DNA of 63,317 nucleotides, counting the filler, from Octopus bimaculoides (taxonomy: Eukaryota): NCBI RefSeq assembly GCF_001194135.2. It is 3 parts of 3 records of this genome, joined end to end, with 100 filler letters (N's around TTAATTAATTAA, not from the genome) between each part and the next. Parts side by side here need not be neighbours in the genome. Positions count along the whole stretch, not along the records: positions 11,127 to 33,135 come from NC_068998.1; positions 33,236 to 63,317 come from NC_068981.1; 1 more part is not named here. One strand, given 5' to 3'. The stretch's first letter is position 1. The number at the start of each line of letters is the position of its first letter. The translations under genes and the position numbers were made by a program. The notes below the pieces were generated by a model. The model worked only from the letters and a program-made list of their open reading frames with translations. It did no database searches and had not been told where the DNA came from. Positions 24,190 through 37,329 of this stretch are shown piece after piece.

Positions 24190-24740
24190 AAAGTTTAAAA
24201 TTTTCCTTTTCAGCCATATCTTCCACCATATTGTCAATATCAAGCCGCCGTCTTGCATCACTAGCAGCCATCTTGTTTATATAAATAGTCTCTATATTCG
24301 GTTGTTCAAATTCACAAATTGTCTTATAATGTGGAATAGTCTTCCGATATTGTTTTGTTTGTTTTCAAAGCAGCCATTAAAGCCCTTTCTTCCCCTTTTG
24401 TTTGAAATGACTTTGCATTAGTAAAACTTCTTTCTTCAATTTGTAGCCTGTATCTTGCTTGCTCACGAGTCTCAAATTCCCTTGCATTAGCAGTATTATT
24501 CTGTTATATTTTCTCAGCTTTGTAATTTTTCTTCCGGAGTTCTTAAAATTACGGCAAATAACCTTCCCTGTCGTTAGGACAACGGCTATTCACTGCATGA
24601 CACTGTAATCACATACTCCATTCCGCTTCCTAATTCATTCCGTCATTACTTTTGCCTTTCTCTCTATTTTTCGCTCTCTCATTCTTTCGCTTTTCCTCGG
24701 CCACCTTTTCTATGACATACATCCACTCATATCCTTGTGT
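24190..24740 (-). pseudogene. Frameshifted ORF remnant, possibly from a Helitron N-terminal region
   Basis: NAREFETREQARYRL...FQTKGEERALMAA resembles STPR-like E-T-x-E-Q repeats; a degenerate C-x-Y-C-x-A...GKV segment lies upstream. Similarity is weak. Confidence 0.3.
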
Positions 24741-25039
24741 ATCCATTACGCTTTGTAGCTTTCTAGTGGTTTACTCGTCTTTCTCTGACCTAAAGTATAG
24801 CTGAATGAACTTCCTGTTTACGGTGATAAAAACTAAGATATATATAATATATATGATATATATCATATATAAGATATATAAGATATATATGATAATATAA
24901 TATAGTATATATATGTATGTATATATATATATATACACATACACGTCTTTATATGTGGGTGTGTGTATTCATGTTGGTACCACACCAAAATGGCGTAAAT
25001 AATACAAACATATAACATGCACACATACANNNNNNNNNN

Positions 25040-25073
<34 letters not shown>

Positions 25074-25075
25074 GT

Positions 25076-25120
<45 letters not shown>

Positions 25121-25648
25121 CACGTCTTTATATGTGGGTGTGTGTATTCATGTTGGTACCACACCAAAATGGCGTAAATAATACAAACATATAACATGCA
25201 CACATACATTCATACATATACACAAGCTTGTGAGTTTAGACATAAATCTGTAATTGTATTATTTGATTTACAGGTTTTAAACCGGGCAAAGGAAACCTTT
25301 ACCGAGAAGCGGATGCTATAAGGCATCCTCAGGTAGACAGAACTATTGAAAAGATATCAGGCAATTTTTGTTAAATATGCCTGCCATTTAAGAACTGCCG
25401 CGGGGCGCAGTTTGCTCAAAACTGTTTTAGGCCAAGGTAAGCAGACGTGCTGCGAAATAGCTTCCTATGGGAATTTGCTTTTCTGTTGCTATAACGAATT
25501 TAGTACTTATTTCATAAACATAAACGGTAACAACGAGGATGGATGAAACTCAGAAAAACATGATCTTTCGATTGACTAATTTTGAATCACTTTACTGAGA
25601 CTGATATCGCTATTATGTACACACATACAAAGATACAGGTTTACGCAG

Positions 25649-25757
<109 letters not shown>

Positions 25758-25981
25758 TACACACACACATATATACTTGTATGAATGCATGCAAGTACGT
25801 ATGTGTGCATGTATATAAGGAAAGACTCAATAATGGCAGGACGAGGAAGATAAGATGGGTAGTTAGATTGATTGATTGCTTTTGATACGACTGCCCTTAA
25901 ATTATACACATATAAACGTATGCATGCATTTATCTATCTACCTATTTTTATATATACATATATATACATATGTATATGTAT

Positions 25982-26024
<43 letters not shown>

Positions 26025-26366
26025 CGCACATACATATGTATATGTACATCTTTCTATATATATGTATTTTAGTACCAAAATACAGCATAATACCAAAAAT
26101 CCCAACATAGCCATCAAGATATAGGACCAAATACTTCAACAGCCTGGGATTCAAGGGTTCACAGCTGCATGGCGTGGATATAGGCGTTTTGAAAACAAAA
26201 CTGAATCTCCTTTTATCAAGAAACAGATCAGAACAGCAACGTTAATCTCCCTCATTCACCAAATGCCACATATTAGAGGAGGTTTAAAGAAAGTGTTGCA
26301 AAGCAATCCGTGGTGCCTAAGCATGCCCGTAGCCCTCAGGCTGATAGTAACAAAAATATATACATC

Positions 26367-26398
<32 letters not shown>

Positions 26399-27199
26399 TA
26401 TATATATATATATATATNNNNNNNNNNNNNNNNNNNNNNNNNNNNNNNNNNNNNNNNNNNNNNNNNNNNNNNNNNNNNNNNNNNNNNNNNNNNNNNNNNN
26501 NNNNNNNNNNNNNNNNNNNNNNNNNNNNNNNNNNNNNNNNNNNNNNNNNNNNNNNNNNNNNNNNNNNNNNNNNNNNNNNNNNNNNNNNNNNNNNNNNNNN
26601 NNNNNNNNNNNNNNNNNNNNNNNNNNNNNNNNNNNNNNNNNNNNNNNNNNNNNNNNNNNNNNNNNNNNNNNNNNNNNNNNNNNNNNNNNNNNNNNNNNNN
26701 NNNNNNNNNNNNNNNNNNNNNNNNNNNNNNNNNNNNNNNNNNNNNNNNNNNNNNNNNNNNNNNNNNNNNNNNNNNNNNNNNNNNNNNNNNNNNNNNNNNN
26801 NNNNNNNNNNNNNNNNNNNNNNNNNNNNNNNNNNNNNNNNNNNNNNNNNNNNNNNNNNNNNNNNNNNNNNNNNNNNNNNNNNNNNNNNNNNNNNNNNNNN
26901 NNNNNNNNNNNNNNNNNNNNNNNNNNNNNNNNNNNNNNNNNNNNNNNNNNNNNNNNNNNNNNNNNNNNNNNNNNNNNNNNNNNNNNNNNNNNNNNNNNNN
27001 NNNNNNNNNNNNNNNNNNNNNNNNNNNNNNNNNNNNNNNNNNNNNNNNNNNNNNNNNNNNNNNNNNNNNNNNNNNNNNNNNNNNNNNNNNNNNNNNNNNN
27101 NNNNNNNNNNNNNNNNNNNNNNNNNNNNNNNNNNNNNNNNNATATATATATATATACATATGTATACATACAGTAATCCCTCGGCATATCACGGTTCAC

Positions 27200-28160
27200 C
27201 TATCGTAGTTTATTATTTCAGCTTACGTTGATTCCTCTATGGTGTTCTTTTGCATTTATAATAAAACTTCTCGGTATACTTCGCAGCATATATTCCGGAC
27301 GGTTTGATACTCGACTTATATATTTCAAGTTTTTTAATTTTGCTTATAGAAAGGTTCGAACTTTCTATCGTTGTGGGTAAGCTTTACGTCCGGGAATTTT
27401 ACGTATCTGTGATTGTTTTCCATTTCTATTTCCAGTCCGAAGTTCTCAAAGAATTTAACAAGATTTTTCTTACAACTTTTTATATTTACGTTACTACTTC
27501 TTTGTACTGTAAATAACGCACCGTCTCTATATAATCTCACTCCACTAAGTTAAAGAAGCTTCTATTTGTGATGATAAATATATTCCTACTATATCCATAA
27601 CTTGTGCTGAATCACTAGATTCCATTTTTATGTCGAATGAATCTTTTTTATCTGAGCGAGTCCAAAGTTTGACTCTGTATTCTACTATAGTGCTCCAAGT
27701 CGTTTGAATTTTTATCTACTTCGTCTCTAGTGAGGTCCGAGTTAATTTTTGCGAATAATAGCGCTTTTTAGTACAACTGAGTGTATGGACAGGAAATAGT
27801 TCGATGTATCTAGCGGCACGAATTTTGTCTTGTTTTTTGTTCCCCAGTTTCTTAAACCATGTGATAACTTCAGTGGTGTTAGATATTTCAATTTTGGTAT
27901 TATTCTTTCTATTATTGCTTTTCTAATTCTATCTATGTCGGATTTAAATAGACATATTAATCTTACTGATGGGTTATCCTGTAAGTTTTGCTGATAGCCT
28001 TTTATGATTATTCTGGGCGTCTTTGATGTATATGGTGTTGCCCTATTTTGTAGACCCAATTTCTTAACTATTTCGAGCTCTTTCTTATACATTCCTCTCT
28101 CTCTTTCCATCACCTTCTCTTCTTTCCTACCAAATACACACAACACTACCCACATAACTC
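27200..28160 (-). mobile_element. Decayed Penelope-like RT (second subfamily)
   Basis: PRIIIKGYQQNLQDNPSVRLICLFKSDIDRIRKAIIERIIPKLK and LYRDGAL...VKFPDVKL...FEPFYKQN. Confidence 0.85.
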
Positions 28161-28407
28161 AATGAAACATTTTACCGGTGAAAATTGATAAACATCCTTC
28201 ACTTAAACATGAAGATCGTGAGTTCGATTACCAGACCGGGCGCCGCATAGTGTTCTTCATGTTTCTCCATTCTCTTTTCCGATTCGTTGGGGATTTTAGC
28301 TTCTGCGAATATTTATGTGTATATAATGTATGTATGTGTATACACAGAGATAATAGTAATACATTGGAAGCTATATTGGAGCGATTTCATTAAACTAAAA
28401 TCTTCTA

Positions 28408-28927
28408 AAATATTAACGACTTGTAGGCGCACAGTATTTCGTTATGCGACCATAATATACTAGAAAATGTATTAAACGCATTTATAAGCCAATATCGCAT
28501 ACAACTGTGTTAGCAGTGCACTAAGACCACGTGTTAGGGTCAACTGCACAGATTTTCTAAAGAAGTTATAGCCAGCATTGATTTTGGTAACGGGTAATGG
28601 GCGCATATGCCATATTTCGGACGTTTTGCTTCTTCATCAGCACCCATCTAACACATTAATTATCCACAAACTCATTGCTTGAATTGCCACGACATATAGC
28701 GGTGTAAAGTTATTTGATATAATAATATACTTATTGAATATATTCCTTGGAAGCTGGTAAATATTAATGACTTCTATGCACACAGTATTTCGTTATGCAA
28801 CCATAATATGCTACAAAGCATATTAAACGTTTTTATGAGTCAATAACTCGAACTACTGTGTTAGCAGTGCATTTAAATCGCATGTTAATGTCATGTTTAC
28901 AGATATTCTACAGTTATAGCTATCATT
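28408..28927. repeat. Diverged direct repeat of about 170 bp (28408-28579 and 28759-28927)
   Basis: aaatattaa.gactt.ta.gc.cacagtatttcgttatgc.accataatat...ctgtgttagcagtgca...gttatagc.a.catt is present twice. Confidence 0.85.
28597..28647 (-). ncRNA. Type I hammerhead ribozyme motif (probably inactivated copy)
   Basis: AUGGGUG-CUGAUGA-AGAAGCAAAACGUCC-GAA-AUAUG-G-CAUAU-G-CGCCCAU: 7-bp stem I, exact core, palindromic 5-bp stem III; stem II partly mismatched and N17=G. Confidence 0.75.
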
Positions 28928-30061
28928 CTATAAAGAATCTATTCTATACAAAGTATAGCCACAAACTCCCGAAATATGGCATATCCGCCCATTACCCATT
29001 TTTTAATCTTCGATCACATTGTTAACATTTGACGTCTTGGATACGAAACGTCGTAATGAAATCAGTCCTGTTTATAATTTCTCTTTACCGTCACATGCAA
29101 CATAGCAATACGGATGAAAGACATTGTTTTCATTCTAGATTTGCTTTGTAAGAACTTTTAAATAGTACTCTTGTAGGAACATACATAACGGCTTATATGA
29201 GGAAATTATTATTAAAGTCATATTGAAATATTTTCCAAAACCTGGTGCAAAGTTTCATGAATATTCCGTATTATTTATGCTCCCAGATGTCTGTATTGGA
29301 AGAAGATGCAGAACTTCTCTTCGTCTTTAGCTGTTATTTAGGTATGGGTCATAGTATGTCGTATAGGTTTAATTCTTGTACTATGTCTGTCAGATTATAG
29401 TTTATGTTACGATAATGTTACTTCTTGTTTAATGAAGAATTTGTAGCTTACAATGAAACGTACACCAATTTATCCTTCTCTTAATGCTATTCATTTTGCT
29501 GGTATGGCACCATTGTCGTCCGGTGTGAATATTTCGAATGTTACATTTAAAACGATTTGAAAATGACATGAGTTAACATAGTAAAAATCGATGAAATCTT
29601 ACAGTTATTTTAATCTAAATTTACAGTATACTGTGTAGAAAGGTTCGAAATTATCTTCAATGTCACGTATAGAGTTGTAGACACGTGTAGTAAAGCTGAT
29701 CTCTTGCAATATTGGGAATTCACTTTTATGACTCATCTCATTAAAAAAAAGTCTTCAAAATAATACTCAAACATACTTGTAGTGACATAATATATACTTA
29801 TATATGTACAAGTAATAGAATTATAATAGCAGTTGCGAATAGTGACTGGCTCCTAACCTGTAAATGACAGAAAAGTTTGGTTATTCGAAGTTTTATATCG
29901 ACAAACATTTATAGTGATTTAGATAAGCTAGTTTACTCTGCTACTATTTGCATTTCCATTAGTATACAATTGACCTATGTTTTTTAGGGTGCTGTGAGCA
30001 TAAAATATATTAGTAAGGCCCACATATAATTTTATATGTTATTTGTGAGGATATATTAAGG

Positions 30062-30750
30062 TGTGAAGGCGCGTGGCTTTTGGTTAGGGTATTCGGCTCC
30101 CGAATGTAAGGTTTTGAGTTCAATTCACAGCGACGCTTTGTGTACTTGAGCACGAAACTTAATTTTACATTGCACCGGTCCACCCGGCTAGCAAAAATGA
30201 GTAGTATCTGTACTTCAAAGGACCACATCCCTGTGTCATACTGAATCTCCCTTACAATTCTGTTGTTGTTGTTGGCACTCCGTCGCTTACGACGCCGAGG
30301 GTTCCAGTTGATCCGATCAACGGAACAGCCTGCTCGTGAAATTAACGTGCAAGTGGCTGAGCACTCCACAGACACGTGTACCCTTAACGTAGTTCTCGGG
30401 GATATTCAGCGTGACACAGTGTGACAAGGCTGACCCTTTGAATTACAGGCACAACAGAGACAGGAAGTAAGAGTGAGAGAAAGTTGTGGTGGAAGAGTAC
30501 AGCAGGGTTCGCCACCATCCCCTACCGGAGCCTCGTGGAGCTTTAGGTGTTTTCGCTCAATAAACACTCACAACGCCCGGTCTGGGAATCGAAACCGCGA
30601 TCCTATGACCGCGAGTCCGCTGCCCTAACCACTGGGCCATTGTGCCTCCACCCCTTACATTTACATTAAGTGTAAACGTGATTGTGAAGTGCTTTGCGTC
30701 TTTCATGTTAAGTTTACAAGCAAGCTGTTCAGTTGGTCGGATCAACTGGA
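30062..30750 (+). mobile_element. tRNA-derived SINE family C (older copy), split by a younger SINE
   Basis: tRNA-like head (gcgtggc...tggttaggg...gagttcaattc); the 3' part resumes after 30659 and ends in gatcaactggaaccctcgt, a tail shared with the inserted copy. Confidence 0.7.
30257..30651 (-). mobile_element. Full-length tRNA-derived SINE (family C-related) with 8-bp TSD
   Basis: A box TGGCCCAGTGG, B box GTTTCGATTCC, (AAC)n tail; CCCTTACA at 30249-30256 and 30652-30659. Confidence 0.9.
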
Positions 30751-32860
30751 ACCCTCGTGTATGTTACATATTCTAACATTTTAGGTGTGCTTAGAGATTC
30801 TTTTAAAATATGACGTAGGTCTAGGTTTAGTAGAATGGTTGTTAGATTCATAGTAGGGCATTACTCTCCCACAGCTATTTCTCCTGCTATGGGAATTACC
30901 GAACCTACTGCTATGGGATCCTTGTTCATTCGGAGGAATGTACATAATGCTATTCTTCAAAATTTTCCTTTCGAATGCCTTCTCGTAATAACCAGCATCG
31001 TCATTGAATATTTATTCGATAGAATTTTATTTAAAATGGCTATGTAATGCCATCACAATTATATCATATTTCTTATTAAAATCAATCATATTTTAGTAAA
31101 ATACTTTCAAAATATCACTGCAAAGAACTCTAGCTTATCCGTATTATGAATGTAGCACCTCATTCCTCTAACTGTTATTCCTATGCAAAAAAAGCAATAT
31201 TCTGTGTACAACGTAAGTTACACTATCCATAATGTTATTGTAACTATACGGTTTCATAATGCAATTTTCTACAACTTTCCTTAGATCGGAACAATATTTT
31301 TAAGTCGTAGTGTAGAATTTACATTGCAACAGACATGGAATATGTATTACATATATGGCGCATGTTTCTTTTTTACTATGAACACTCCTATTCCAGTTAG
31401 GACATTATAATATGACTTTTCAATATTTTCCTTTCAATTAAATAATAGGGAAATTACACTGTAATACTACATAAAAAACAATCTTTTTATGTTCAGGAGG
31501 CTTTGCATTATGTTTTATGGTTATGTTTCTGTTATTGAAGCCATATTGAAAAAGGTTTACCATACTATTTCACTAATAGCAAAACGACAGCTACTTGTAC
31601 TAAAGAAATGTTTCAACCATATTATAATGAATAAAAAAATGTTATCCTTCAAATTGATTGAGTTGTAGTCATATACAAAATATTCAGCGGTAGTAGAAAT
31701 ATTTTGCTTACACCAAATGTGTTGCCAGAGCCACCCTGAAAGAAAATGATAAAATAGTTAACTTGCTATTACAGACATATACAGACATATACACATGTGA
31801 AATATATAGTTCTCTTCTGAATATAGCTGCCATAGCACTATCATCGATTAAAAATCTTGCAAGTAAGACACGTTCGATACGTTCATGTCATCGCGTTAAG
31901 TCTTAAGCCACATTATTTAATATCCAATTGAAAGAAAATAAAAATGTAACTAAATAACATGTTCTCTCTTTCATTGATCGATCGTTCCTTGAAAGGTACT
32001 TTTACGCAAAATAATGATTTTTATATATCCTTACAATACAATAATTCTTTTTAAATCGTACGTATCTCAGTCGCTCATTGTTTTAGACAAATAACGCTAA
32101 AGTAATGCAAACTATTTACCTTCTTACACTTAAAAATATAATCCATTCTGAAATGCATTGTACAATATGTGGTATATTTTATATGTTTCAACATACAATT
32201 ATCAAAATCCATGAAAGTACTGGAAGGTAAAAATATGAATAAAAATTACATATTCAGGTATTCTTGTATTGTTTATATTTTTAAATCAACTCTATTCTGG
32301 ACTCAAACTCGCCTTCCAAATGACTCCCAATTATAAATGACTCCTAATTATAAACCAAAGTTAATACTCAGTTTTAAAAACAGAATTACTTATCAAGTTC
32401 ATAGTTTTACAACTAGATAGAAAATTTAACCTAACTGTCGGAGATCTTTAAACAACGATAGAAAAATTATACAAATTTGAATTCAAGATGGTCCAAAATA
32501 ATAGTCTATTTATTTATATGTAACTGAGTGTTGCCTAGCACAATTTGTATTGTCTTCTGTCTAACTAGGTGACAGAAATATATATATGAGTAAATCACCA
32601 ATATACCGGTTAAGAGTGTGAGAGAATTGGTAACGGAAATATGTGTTCAATCGATGATAGTTTAAGAACAAAATTCGCGTCTATATTTCATCGTACAAGA
32701 GGCCATCATATTATATAAATTAAGCATATACTTACTTTCGTCGACTTGGATCCATCTCAATACATCTAGCATTTTAATAACGATAAAGCTTTTATAAAAA
32801 CAAATATTTGTCAATATAGTATTGCATACATATTAAATATAACACATAGCAACAATAAGA

Positions 32861-32937
<77 letters not shown>

Positions 32938-33179
32938 ATCATGGACGGACGGTAGACACATCGGCTCCCATGTAAGTTGCATTTTTCACCTCTTAAAAGA
33001 CCTATTTTGTTTTAAAATTTTGTATAAGTTGTGTATAACACAAAATACTTCGTGAACATATATTTTTCAAATCGGAAATAGCTCTATTTAGAGCCTTATT
33101 TCCAAAAATTCAAACATATCTGAGCCATATTCTTTNNNNNNNNNNNNNNNNNNNNNNNNNNNNNNNNNNNNNNNNNNNN

Positions 33180-33191
33180 TTAATTAATTAA
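33180..33191. other. Assembly linker TTAATTAATTAA inside an N gap
   Basis: Same 12-mer between Ns as at 11071. Confidence 0.85.
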
Positions 33192-33565
33192 NNNNNNNNN
33201 NNNNNNNNNNNNNNNNNNNNNNNNNNNNNNNNNNNAGAACGAGGGGGGGGAGAAAGGAAAGAGAAAGAGAAAGAGATAGAGTAGCGTCGGAGGATAAGTT
33301 TACGAAAACTACTTACAATTTTTGTGAGACGCTGCGTTCAATCATGTAAAAACAAAAGTAAATGAGTATATGCATATATACGTACAGGTATGTGCATACC
33401 GACATCCACCTGTATGTATAGGTGCATATCTGGGTACAGGACATTGCAAACAAACGTAGACGAGAACACACGAGCCACATAGAGAACATTCTACTTCATC
33501 AGCTACCCACGTTTTAACACCGGCGTTTCGACGAGCTTCGGGCAGGACGCATATATATATACACA

Positions 33566-33601
<36 letters not shown>

Positions 33602-33646
33602 CACATATATGCATATATATATGTACATATACACATACATATATAC

Positions 33647-33691
<45 letters not shown>

Positions 33692-33744
33692 TATATATAT
33701 ATATATACATGTGTNNNNNNNNNNCGCACATATATATATATATA

Positions 33745-33790
<46 letters not shown>

Positions 33791-33869
33791 TGTGTGTGTG
33801 TGTGTTCATACTTAGATTACTTAGATAAATTAGCTTTGTGTCCACGAACGATTAGTCCAGGTTATGTCT

Positions 33870-35070
33870 AACTTAATAGCATCACCTGATAGGATTAGTT
33901 AAATCCTTTTTATGTCAAGTTTTGTGGTATCATGGTCCATTCAAGTAGGGAATTCTTTGGTAAGTGAGTTATAGGTGGCTTATCTGGTATTCCTTGAAGA
34001 AATGTGTCCAAATTCAGTTTAAAGATGATGGGATCCTTTTCCACTTTTGCAATGCTGGCAGTATATTCTCCATACCATGCAAATGATGTATCGCTCACTA
34101 CGACGCTGGAGAGAATAGTTTCAATTTACATGAATAGAAATAAACAGAGCATCTATATACATACATATGCAAACATGCTTATATATGTATACGTATACGT
34201 ATAGAATGTAGATAACGTTAAAATCAAAGATGTCCTCTACAAGCACATCTGCTTATGTTAGTGTTGCATTAATTCAGTATTCTAAATCTGTATATAATTG
34301 ATGTATTTGTATGGTGTATGCATAAGAGTCGGATATACTGGGAAATATTTTTAGCAGAGTAATATCAAAACAATGCTTTAAGGCGGTTCCAATAATCGAG
34401 ATCAGTCATACTCCTAATTATTTTAGTGAATGATCTCTGGGGTGATTCAATTTTCGAAATGTTTTGTTTTGTATGAGGAGATGTGGCCGTACAAAGGATG
34501 AGGACAGAGGTATGATGACAACTTGTTCTCTGTAACGGAAGGTTCTTAGGATCCAGGAGCTCCTCCTAAGTGTTATATCGATCTTATTATTGATGTGATC
34601 ACTCCATCTGAGATTGTTGTCAACAATTACTCCTCTGATATTATTAGATACTGTGAGTAGTTCCTCAGCTTAAAATTTCATTTCTTTTAGTTGCATTTTG
34701 AGTTGTCTGCACATTCACTCACAGCATCAGACTGGGGTTCAGTTCGTCTTCTCCATTGATAATTTTCTGGAGCTTTGATTCATCAGCGAATAGTTTCACT
34801 TCGCTGTGTTTTATGACGCTAGAAAGGTCGTTTATTATATAGACTATAAAGAGAATCTGGGCCCAAGACAATTTTCTGAGGGATACCACTCGTGATTTTT
34901 GCTAGGGTCGAGTGGATCCCACCGATCATAACATGTGTTCTCTTCTCCAGTAAATACTCAATCTAGAGGAGTAGTTTTCCACGACTTGACTGGTTATCCA
35001 CGCCGGTTATATCGAGCATCAACTTACACGGTGTGCTTGTATGAAGACATGGCTCATGTGGAATCGTGTG
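33870..35070 (-). mobile_element. Decayed CR1-type LINE (RT to 3' end)
   Basis: SGIPQKIVLGP.LFIVYIINDLSSVIKHSEVKLFADESKL (34.8-34.9 kb) and C-terminal IFKLNLDTFLQGIPDKP...NSLLEW (33.9-34.1 kb). Confidence 0.8.
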
Positions 35071-35235
35071 ACAATCATGCACTTCTTAAATGAGAACAAA
35101 AACTCCATCGCGATTCTTCCACGTTTCTTTTAAATTTTTAACTTTAATTGTCACGACAACGAAGCTTCTAAGGAAGAAAACTTCCACAAAACCCAACGTC
35201 CAAAGTACATGTGGTGTATATAAGCTTCGAAATAA

Positions 35236-35267
<32 letters not shown>

Positions 35268-36589
35268 TTCTTCCGACGTGATATTGACTTTTTCAACATT
35301 TGGTTTCTTAAAACATTTCTTATTACCTTCATTTTTAAAAGTATTTTTTATTGCAAATTAAGGTGATTTCCCCCAACATTAATTGCTGTGAATATAATCA
35401 ATAATTCAGCATTAATAATAAAAGGTGCATTGCTAATTAAGAACATTTCGCAAAAACATATAAGATACAGGTATTCTTTTTCTGCGGACAAATTCTTTGT
35501 TAACAAGTGTTATTCTTACTGTAGTTTTCAAATCCAAGCATGAAATCTTTACTCAACTTTGAAGTCTTTTAGACAGACGCTCCCTTTTTCACGCACGCGC
35601 ACACACACAAGCACTTATATATTAATGATGTACAAAAATACATGACAGGTTATCATAATACTGAAACAAGCATAAAGTTCCAAGTTGAAGATTCTTTTTG
35701 CGAGGAATCATCAGAAAGATCAGCAACAGTGTTGTGGGCAGCGGGAGGGGCTTGTAAGCTGTATGACGCTAGAAATCATATCAGATATTTGAGATGATCA
35801 TGTATTAGAAATAGCAGCCGACTTATCTTTAATGCAGGTGCTACTTTCTTAATAAGGATTAAAAACATTGGATAATATTGACCAGGTGGTATCTTTCTAG
35901 ACAAACATAAATCCGATTATCACAACTGAAATGCTTTTACTTTAGGTTTCTTTCTGCCAGTGCTCCCCTAGAACTAAAAAAAAAAAAATCCAGGGAGAAA
36001 TTTGAGACATGCAAAATATTTGAACAGTTAGTGATTTGAGGAAAGGATTCAGAGAGCGTAAGACATAGTACATTAACTTAGGTTGTGTGGAGAGAGATAT
36101 GAGCTAGAGTAAATGGTTTTTTCTCAAATATCCAGAGAACGGAATTAGTTAGAGAAAGAATTCTACATATATGTAGACCCATTTGAAAGGGGTGTTGAAT
36201 AGAGATATGTGTCCATTCGCTTTTCACGCGAAATCGGCTTCACTAATTGCTTCCATACTTGTGATGCATGAATATTTTGACCTCGGGCATATGTTAGGCT
36301 CTTCATTTGATTTTGTTTATTAAAAATTTTTAAAAATATTGCTATATATTTATGATTCACTTCTTTAAAAACGTTTCTCAATGTCAACTTCCGGTATTGA
36401 CGTAGAATCGGCGAAGTCTCTCACTTTCTATTTTAATGTTCGCTGTTTGTAAACAACTACGATAAATTACTGAAAGAAATATTTACTAAGTTCACAAATT
36501 TGAATATTCGGCACAAGATAGTTTTTAACATGCTTTTATTTATACGACTTTTTCATTCCATGTTTATCTCATTCATTTATTGCAATGCC

Positions 36590-36631
<42 letters not shown>

Positions 36632-37152
36632 NNNNNNNNNNNNNNNNNNNNNNNNNNNNNNNNNNNNNNNNNNNNNNNNNNNNNNNNNNNNNNNNNNNNN
36701 NNNNNNNNNNNNNNNNNNNNNNNNNNNNNNNNNNNNNNNNNNNNNNNNNNNNNNNNNNNNNNNNNNNNNNNNNNNNNNNNNNNNNNNNNNNNNNNNNNNN
36801 NNNNNNNNNNNNNNNNNNNNNNNNNNNNNNNNCTCTCTCTCTCTCTCTCTCTCGGTTTTATTTCGTTCTGAACTCGCACACTTCGTTAATCTCTGTAAAA
36901 AAATTTACTTTTTTATTACACGCCGTGTTCTGCTCTAAGTGTTTGTTGTCCGACACACGCGCGCACATGTGTTTTTGTATGTACGTTTGTATACATTTAT
37001 GTATGTGTGTGTAAAAGAGAGAGAGATGTCTAAGTGGCACTCACCCCCTCTATTTGTCTCTCTCTCACACACACGCACATATACATACAAGAAAGATGTA
37101 TGCCTATTTATTTATGTATGTACGTATACATGATAACACACCCCTTCACTCG

Positions 37153-37191
<39 letters not shown>

Positions 37192-37329
37192 GTCCATTTC
37201 CTTTGATGTTCGATACCGTATGTGTATGTGTATATCTGTGTGTGTGTTTGTCTGTGTGCGTGTGTGTATGTGTGTATGTGAGTGAGTGCGTGTGTGCGTG
37301 CGTGTGGCGTTCCACAATCGCCAGAAAAA

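Noticed and set aside
24931-25208. Identical 99-bp direct repeat (24931-25029 and 25110-25208)
   Set aside because: The copies flank a 10-N gap and are identical, most likely unmerged contig or haplotype overlap. Similar patterns occur around the gaps at about 8.0-8.2 kb and 33.7 kb.
25274-25436. Exon-like segment with a ttacag acceptor and a strong AAG|GTAAGC donor
   Set aside because: All three frames from the acceptor hit stops and there is no usable ATG. It could be a non-coding exon, but the sequence alone cannot support it.
30580-30651. tRNA-like sequence with A and B boxes
   Set aside because: It is the head of a SINE with a tail and TSD, not a tRNA gene. No CRISPR arrays, rRNA or prokaryotic-type systems were seen anywhere in the window.
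33480-33550. GAAAC...CTGATGA on the minus strand suggesting a type II hammerhead
   Set aside because: Stem III pairs, but stems I and II cannot form; at best a decayed remnant.
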